This document shows positions 58,465 to 63,602 of a stretch of 63,602 nt of DNA, one piece after another. Position numbers and translations under genes: made by a program. The notes under the pieces are model-generated. The model was not told the origin of the DNA and did not search any database. It worked only from the letters and a program-made list of their open reading frames with translations. Source of the stretch: a virus (taxonomy: Duplodnaviria; Caudoviricetes); the IMG/VR virus record IMGVR_UViG_3300034022_000282, positions 1-63,602 of that record, one strand, 5' to 3'. Each line of letters begins with the position of its first letter. The stretch's first letter is position 1.

Positions 58465-59708
58465 ATTAATTTGTGTTTATCGGCATCAATTATTTGATAC
58501 ACTTGGTTTATTGAATTAAGCCATAATACATTCTTTTGACCTTTAAGTGATGATTGTAACCATCTTTCATCTTGTGTTTCTGGTACATATAGCTCAATAA
58601 AATAAGCTGTTTTACCTTCAACCTTCCTAAGTATCCTACCTAATGTTTGAGTGGCTCTTAAAGCTTTAGAAGTACGTGACCAAGTAATACCTAGTTGTAG
58701 ATTTGGTAAATCAAAACCTGCTTCCAAACCTTTAGCTGATGATATATAATCTACTTTAGTTCTACCATCTCTAAGTCTTTTAAGATTTTCTTTTAAAGTT
58801 TTAGCCGTAATCTTAGAATGGTATTCTACACATTTGTCACCTAATGCTACATTAATTTTATCAGCACCAGCAATAGATTGACCAAACAATATAGTTTGCA
58901 TACCTAAGACATTAGTAATTTCAATAGCAGCATTTATCTTAGAATCAATATGATACAGAAATTCTTTTCTTAATCTCATATTACGATTCCAATTAAACAC
59001 TGATGCATCTACTCTTTGTAATGTCCAACCAAGTTTAGTAGCTAATTCTTGTCTAGCATCTTTATTAATTATACATTTCATAGCAAATTCAAAGTCAAAA
59101 TTAAATGTAGCAAAGTGTTTATTAAACTCTTTGTGCATCTTATCATACTTTTCTTTATCATCATCATCTAATTCAATAGGTACACATAATACTTTGTATG
59201 GACTTAACCAACCATTTTTAACTGCATCATCAGCTGTTAAAGTACTAATACACTTAACATTACGTTTATGTAAAAACTCTTTATGCTCTTTTTCAAGAGT
59301 AGCAGATAGACACAATATCCAATTAAACTTAGTTTTATCTATTACGGTATTAAAATGTTTACTCTTGGCACCAGTAGCTGTATGTACCTCATCAATAATT
59401 AGTAAAGCACAATCATGTGTTTCTTTAACATAAGTATTAATTACAAATACATTTACATTTTTAAGACCATGTAGTTTTATATGGCCTTTTTTATCATCAG
59501 TCCAAGCTTCTTGTAATACTGTAGTAGGTACAACAACGTTTATTTCTTTGTCAGGATGTCTTTCATTTGCTAATTTAATTGCTAAACAAGCTAAATAACT
59601 TTTACCTGAACCAGTACACCACTCAAAATAACCTCTAGCTCCTGCTTTAATCCATTTCTCAATACCGTCTTTTTGGTATAATGTTCTATCACTTGTTTGG
59701 CTAATCAT
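58461..59708 (-). CDS. superfamily 2 (DExH) helicase
   Basis: TGSGKS, IIDEVH, LSAT, EAGFDLP, QTLGRILR. Confidence 0.9.
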   Translation of the reverse strand: MISQTSDRTLYQKDGIEKWIKAGARGYFEWCTGSGKSYLACLAIKLANERHPDKEINVVVPTTVLQEAWTDDKKGHIKLHGLKNVNVFVINTYVKETHDCALLIIDEVHTATGAKSKHFNTVIDKTKFNWILCLSATLEKEHKEFLHKRNVKCISTLTADDAVKNGWLSPYKVLCVPIELDDDDKEKYDKMHKEFNKHFATFNFDFEFAMKCIINKDARQELATKLGWTLQRVDASVFNWNRNMRLRKEFLYHIDSKINAAIEITNVLGMQTILFGQSIAGADKINVALGDKCVEYHSKITAKTLKENLKRLRDGRTKVDYISSAKGLEAGFDLPNLQLGITWSRTSKALRATQTLGRILRKVEGKTAYFIELYVPETQDERWLQSSLKGQKNVLWLNSINQVYQIIDADKHKLI

Positions 59709-59710
59709 AA

Positions 59711-59830
59711 TTAAGGGGTTTTAAAATAATCTTTTATTTCTATGTAACATATAAAAAATAGTTGAAGAACTACTACTGTAGATACAATTGAAAGTAAAAT
59801 CAATAAATAAGCTAATAAATATTCTATCAT
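59711..59830 (-). CDS. small single-TM peptide (39 aa; not in the ORF track)
   Basis: MIEYLLAYLLILLSIVSTVVVLQLFFICYIEIKDYFKTP. Confidence 0.45.
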   Translation of the reverse strand: MIEYLLAYLLILLSIVSTVVVLQLFFICYIEIKDYFKTP

Positions 59831-59842
59831 AATTAAAAATTT

Positions 59843-60208
59843 TTATGCATTTTTTAAATAATAATAAGTTAAAAATAATTGTATATAATGTAATACTTGA
59901 TCAAATCCTACTGATACAAAAAAGTTATGTACTTTACCTTGTTCCCACAATTTAGTATTTAATCTACTTGTAAAATAATCTGTAATTGTATGAGTTATAA
60001 ATGTTATTAATATAAAAATTCCTGCTTTTGGAGGATTTTCTCCTAATAAAATACCCATTGGTATAATCCAACAAAAACTATATATTATAGTATGTTCTAA
60101 TAAATCATTCCAGTTTTTACTTTTACCTTTTGCTTGTTTGTCTGTTTGTAGTACAAAGTCGGCTATCCAATGTATCAAAATGATACTAAATATTTCTATT
60201 AAATTCAT
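59843..60208 (-). CDS. DUF3307-like membrane protein
   Basis: HWIADFVLQ, H...Y, H..TDY, GFDQVLH. Confidence 0.8.
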   Translation of the reverse strand: MNLIEIFSIILIHWIADFVLQTDKQAKGKSKNWNDLLEHTIIYSFCWIIPMGILLGENPPKAGIFILITFITHTITDYFTSRLNTKLWEQGKVHNFFVSVGFDQVLHYIQLFLTYYYLKNA

Positions 60209-60210
60209 AA

Positions 60211-60741
60211 TTAAAAGTTTTTATGCATTTTACTAGCTACAACACCTTCTTGATTCATATACTTAGAACCTTCTTTCTTGTCGTAACCTGTTTCTATTTC
60301 TGTAGTTTCATAAAATGCTATTTGACATATTTTCATATTAGGATATATGACTATTGGTTGAGTAGCAACTAATTCTAATACTAAACTACCTTCAAAACCA
60401 CTGTCAATCCATCCAGCTGTAACGTGTACAAACAGTCCTAATCTACCTAATGAAGATTTACCTTCTACTTTAGCACATAAATTACCTTTAACACCTATTT
60501 TCTCATTACAAGCATATAAATATACTATTCCTGGTCTAAGTGTAAATCCTCTTTCATGTATAACAAATTCATAAGTTGGATTATCTTTTTTAACATCTAG
60601 GGTGTTACAATCATATACTTTACCTATTTTATTTAATGTTAGATCAACACTATTAGGGTTTAAGTATTTCTCATTAAATGGGCTAATAATAATATTACCA
60701 TTTGTTATTTTTTCTTTTATTTTTTTATCTCCTAGTATCAT
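60211..60741 (-). CDS. dcd: dCTP deaminase
   Basis: NPNSVDLTL, EGKSSLGRLGL.VH.TAG.ID.GFEG.LVLE, ICQI.F, KY..Q. Confidence 0.92.
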   Translation of the reverse strand: MILGDKKIKEKITNGNIIISPFNEKYLNPNSVDLTLNKIGKVYDCNTLDVKKDNPTYEFVIHERGFTLRPGIVYLYACNEKIGVKGNLCAKVEGKSSLGRLGLFVHVTAGWIDSGFEGSLVLELVATQPIVIYPNMKICQIAFYETTEIETGYDKKEGSKYMNQEGVVASKMHKNF

Positions 60742-60933
60742 TTATTCTGGTTTAATTGGAATCATCCAATGTGAAATTTCTTTAATTGTAAAATATCTAT
60801 TTATTCTATCATCTGCAAAAGAAAAATTACCGTTTAAAAAATAACTTTCAAACCAGGTATTATCATATTTTGACCAAACAAGAACAATTTCTTTGTTTTT
60901 AGGTAATTTATCTTTGATATTTATCCAATTCAT
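60742..60933 (-). CDS. DUF551-like protein
   Basis: WINIKDKLP....VLV ... ISHWM.P. Confidence 0.75.
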   Translation of the reverse strand: MNWINIKDKLPKNKEIVLVWSKYDNTWFESYFLNGNFSFADDRINRYFTIKEISHWMIPIKPE

Positions 60934-60939
60934 AGTTTT

Positions 60940-60974
60940 AAAATAAAACCCTATCTAAATTAATAGATAGGGTT
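60940..60974 (-). terminator. Rho-independent terminator (- strand)
   Basis: AACCCTATCTA-N6-TAGATAGGGTT with a T-rich tail on the - strand. Confidence 0.8.
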
Positions 60975-60982
60975 ATAAATAA

Positions 60983-61279
60983 TTAAAGTAATTCTTGCTT
61001 TTCTTCAGCTAATGCTACTTGTGCATTGATCAAATCATTGATATACCCACGTATTTCAATTAATTCGTTAATGTAATCTCTTAAATTCTCTTCACGTTTA
61101 GCTGCATTTACTAATGCTTCTCTAGCATTGTTTAATGCTGCTTCTTTGTCCATTAGTTGCTCTTCAATTGAATCTTTAGCTGATTCAAATGCACGTACTA
61201 CTCTTTTTTCTACGAATGGTTTCTTAATTGCATCCATTCCTTTTTCGATAATCTGGCTTAATAAACTTGTTTTTGACAT
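60983..61279 (-). CDS. coiled-coil hypothetical protein
   Basis: 98 aa helical ORF. Confidence 0.65.
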   Translation of the reverse strand: MSKTSLLSQIIEKGMDAIKKPFVEKRVVRAFESAKDSIEEQLMDKEAALNNAREALVNAAKREENLRDYINELIEIRGYINDLINAQVALAEEKQELL

Positions 61280-61283
61280 AATA

Positions 61284-62048
61284 TTAAATTTTAATTGTTT
61301 TTGATTTTTTAACTTGAATTTTTATTTCTTCTGAATTAGATTTAGGTTTTACTTTAGGTTCTTTATATTCTAGTAAATGTTTAGGTATACTTAAATTTAT
61401 ATTTGTATTTGTATATGTTACAGTTCCAGTTGTAAGTGGTATAGGTATTTCATGTGGTTCAGCAGGTTTAAATGTATCAATAGTTCCATTTACATCTTCT
61501 TTATAGTATATAGTAGCACCCATTACATCTAAAACTTGAAATACATCACCTTTTTTACGGTAGTCACCTTTATCTACTAAAGATACAACCCAATCTCCTA
61601 CTTTAGGAATCCATTTTTCTTCTTCTTTAGGTAATAATGTACCATACAATTCTTTACTATCTTTAATTTCCCAAAGAAAACCCGATCCACATTCTATATA
61701 ACAACTTTCTTCTCTAGATCCTTCTGATTTAAATGGGGTTTTAGTAGCTGTAAATTCATTACCTCTAGTAGAAATGTATTTATCACCTTTTTTAACATCT
61801 TTAAATACTTCCCAAGCTTTATTTTGTAATGCTTTGTAATTAGGGTCTACTAAATATGCCCATTTACCATTACTGTATAAACAACCTGCACCATTATGTG
61901 CCCAAATGCTTTTACCATGTATTGTATAAGTTACATTATCTTCTGATAAAACATACCTATTTCCCTCTGTATTATTAAAAGTAGAACCTATAGGAAATTT
62001 TTCTTTAGCTTGTCTTTGTATTTCTAACATTAGATTTGTTTGTTCCAT
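61284..62048 (-). CDS. hypothetical multi-module protein
   Basis: 254 aa; two related N-terminal modules plus a WIPKVGDWVV SH3-like module. Confidence 0.6.
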   Translation of the reverse strand: MEQTNLMLEIQRQAKEKFPIGSTFNNTEGNRYVLSEDNVTYTIHGKSIWAHNGAGCLYSNGKWAYLVDPNYKALQNKAWEVFKDVKKGDKYISTRGNEFTATKTPFKSEGSREESCYIECGSGFLWEIKDSKELYGTLLPKEEEKWIPKVGDWVVSLVDKGDYRKKGDVFQVLDVMGATIYYKEDVNGTIDTFKPAEPHEIPIPLTTGTVTYTNTNINLSIPKHLLEYKEPKVKPKSNSEEIKIQVKKSKTIKI

Positions 62049-62062
62049 GATTTTATTTAATT

Positions 62063-62086
62063 AAAAAAAGGAGCTGCATCTCCTTT
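62063..62086 (-). terminator. terminator hairpin downstream of tRNA-Gln
   Basis: AAAGGAG-ATGCAG-CTCCTTT followed by TTTT on the - strand. Confidence 0.75.
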
Positions 62087-62145
62087 ATGTGTACCACCAC
62101 AATTAACCATTATATGAACCAACTTATAATGCAGTATAAGCTTTG

Positions 62146-62218
62146 TTGTCTGATTAGGTCTCGAACCTAAACTCTTCTCAGTCAAAGTGAGACGTGTTGC
62201 CAATTACACCATCAGACA
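62146..62218 (-). tRNA. trnQ: tRNA-Gln(UUG)
   Basis: Acceptor TGTCTGA/TCAGACA, D arm GTGT/ACAC, anticodon arm TCTCA-CTTTGAC-TGAGA, T arm TTAGG-TTCGAGA-CCTAA; CCA not encoded. Confidence 0.93.
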
Positions 62219-62257
62219 ATTTGCTGTCTTTCCAAGCTGTCAGATTACTTCTATTAG

Positions 62258-62320
62258 TAGTCAGAGCAGGAATTAAACCTGCATTATTACAATATCACAC
62301 AAGTAAGGTGCTATCTGACT
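62258..62320 (-). ncRNA. tRNA-like element / degenerate tRNA
   Basis: Acceptor AGTCAGA/TCTGACT+A and T arm GCAGG-TTTAATT-CCTGC intact; no recognisable D or anticodon arm. Confidence 0.6.
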
Positions 62321-62327
62321 AATTTAT

Positions 62328-62558
62328 TTAAACTAAAGAGTCTTCTTTTACGACTACTCTGCAATTAATTTCATTATCTAAGCTTTCAAATAAAGCATTA
62401 AACATTTCAAATTTACTGTAATAATTTTGTAACTTCTTGACAGTTAGTTTTCTAAATTGCACTAACTCTTTATCAGATAACTCACTAATAGATTTAGTGG
62501 TACCATCTTGAAACTTCCATTCAAGGTTTTCTATTTGATTTACAGGTACTTTTGACAT
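62328..62558 (-). CDS. hypothetical protein
   Basis: 76 aa; W...DG....I.E.SD..L pattern. Confidence 0.6.
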   Translation of the reverse strand: MSKVPVNQIENLEWKFQDGTTKSISELSDKELVQFRKLTVKKLQNYYSKFEMFNALFESLDNEINCRVVVKEDSLV

Positions 62559-62570
62559 AAAGATAAGATT

Positions 62571-62598
62571 AAAAATCCCCTATATTTCAAGGGGATTT
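62571..62598 (-). terminator. Rho-independent terminator (- strand)
   Basis: AAATCCCCT-N8-AGGGGATTT followed by TT, just after the stop at 62605. Confidence 0.8.
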
Positions 62599-62604
62599 AA
62601 TTAA

Positions 62605-63030
62605 TTAAAATATTGCTTGCTCAACATTGTTTGCAACTACAGTTGCAGCTTCAACCATAACTTTACCAGCAGCTTTAAATACTGAGTAAGCATTCTCACC
62701 TTCTAATACTATTGCAGTATAAGTAGATGCAGTTCTAACTTCACCTGTACCTTGGTTAACAATATCATATTCTTCTACTGGAGAAGATACAATAGTACCT
62801 GGTATTAATTTACCAATGAAAGTTTTAACTAATGCTGGATTAGCTGTTTTCCATGTAGTTTCAGTACCTTCAATGTTGTGTTGTTGCCAAAATGTTCTAG
62901 ATACTGTTTTACCAAATGGATTAGCTGGATTAGCAAATGTTGCTGTGTAATACTGACGTGATACTTTGTTGTCAATACGTGATTTTTCTGTTTTTACTTC
63001 TGAAATTGATACTAATTGTAAATGTGACAT
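62605..63030 (-). CDS. hypothetical protein (OB-fold-like, probably highly expressed)
   Basis: 141 aa, beta-rich, with its own terminator. Confidence 0.65.
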   Translation of the reverse strand: MSHLQLVSISEVKTEKSRIDNKVSRQYYTATFANPANPFGKTVSRTFWQQHNIEGTETTWKTANPALVKTFIGKLIPGTIVSSPVEEYDIVNQGTGEVRTASTYTAIVLEGENAYSVFKAAGKVMVEAATVVANNVEQAIF

Positions 63031-63084
63031 AATTTTAAATGTTATTTTGTTTATTTTTTAATTAGTAATCTTTTGGTTGTTACT

Positions 63085-63500
63085 ATTACCCTTGCATCTT
63101 TTTATGAGATCAAGTACTCATTATACATTAGTTGAATGTGGAACTTTACCACTAGTAATGCATGTTAATAAATTTAGTACCCTCTTTCTTACAGTTTAGT
63201 ATTTAATCCAAGCTATACCTCTTGGTCTGTAAGAGTAGGGTCACGTAGTTAACTACCTCCTTTCGATGTGTAATTGGGAGGATTACTGAACCCACACCTG
63301 ATTAACTACTTGCTGAGAAACTCATTTGTGTTGTTAGCGTTATATATTTGCTACTCCTACATTCCTTTCTCAAGGGAACAACACATCACATATTACTATG
63401 TGTATCTTTATGTAAATTAGAGATATTCTATCTTGGACTAACCAAGCTTCTGTATTCTAAGTGAGTTTTAACCTCAACCTCCATCTGATTTTCCCAGATT
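63085..63500 (-). ncRNA. large structured non-coding RNA / 5' leader
   Basis: More than 10 helices found by eye, including two pseudoknots; no ORF in the track; lies downstream of a consensus promoter. Confidence 0.6.
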
Positions 63501-63539
63501 AATTTACAAAGGTTTCAATGTTTAACCTATTTCTTAATA

Positions 63540-63571
63540 CAAATGTAATACGTTATTTTGTAATATGCAAA
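63540..63571 (-). promoter_or_regulatory. complete Bacteroidota sigmaA promoter (-33/-7)
   Basis: - strand TTTG (63571-63568), 20-nt spacer, TACATTTG (63547-63540). Confidence 0.7.
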
Positions 63572-63602
63572 TTTATTTTCAGGCAACAAACATTGTTAGT
63601 GG

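Noticed and set aside
6390-60844. Antisense ORFs in the track (e.g. 6390-6572, 10791-11287, 12950-13162, 22485-22682, 26024-26716, 29318-29641, 39987-40331, 45209-46579, 51111-51386, 55289-55591, 59131-59433, 60602-60844)
   Set aside because: They lie opposite well-supported genes and have L/S/F-rich shadow composition with no motifs.
62090-62145. tRNA-associated theta (HDV-like) ribozyme directly 3' of tRNA-Gln
   Set aside because: The trailer does not start with a G-rich P1 or show HDV nesting; it folds as two hairpins with complementary loops, reported separately.
62221-62243. Short CTGACAGCTTGGAAAGACAGC element between the tRNA mimic and tRNA-Gln
   Set aside because: It looks like a small GAAA-containing hairpin, but the stem is only 3-4 bp and there is a single copy here, so it cannot be supported.
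63343-63350. TATATTTG on the + strand within the structured region
   Set aside because: It overlaps a hairpin of the structured element, has no downstream + strand gene in the window, and is expected by chance in AT-rich DNA.
1-63602. Stop-codon reassignment (TAG->Gln or TGA->Trp), common in some crAss-like phages
   Set aside because: Multi-kb ORFs are uninterrupted under code 11, TAG and TGA end several genes, and the tRNA anticodon is TTG rather than a CTA suppressor.

Overview
A 63.6-kb, very AT-rich segment of a crAss-like (Crassvirales-type) podophage read in the standard genetic code. The host is probably a Bacteroidota member: there are TAnnTTTG promoter boxes, A-rich ribosome-binding regions without Shine-Dalgarno sequences, and many TAATG stop/start overlaps. 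The + strand (1-43107) is the virion/late block. It holds the end of a head-associated gene, Cys-tipped hub-like genes, three fibre/receptor-binding genes, an extended lysis/membrane cassette, ring/IHF-like/muzzle tail genes and a ferritin-like gene. It ends with four putative ejected cargo proteins, including a 4288-aa virion RNA polymerase. After a bidirectional terminator, the - strand (43268-63030) is the replication/early block: 5'-3' exonuclease, PolA, RusA-like nuclease, vWA/MoxR module, primase, SSB, Sak4-like ATPase, DnaB, SF2 helicase, dCTP deaminase and tRNA-Gln. Most striking: (1) a 1480-aa cargo protein punctuated by about 17-18 (hydrophobic)-x-x-G-G motifs that delimit small unrelated domains, suggesting a protease-processed polyprotein of injected effectors; (2) a RecD-like SF1 helicase and a zincin fused into the virion RNAP, next to a cargo protein carrying a RecB/Cas4-like nuclease; (3) a signal-peptide/coiled-coil/outer-membrane beta-barrel gene in the lysis cassette; (4) several structured non-coding elements at the right end (a kissing-loop terminator, a tRNA mimic and a ~430-nt multi-pseudoknot leader). 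All family assignments come from motifs recognised by eye; no database search was run.
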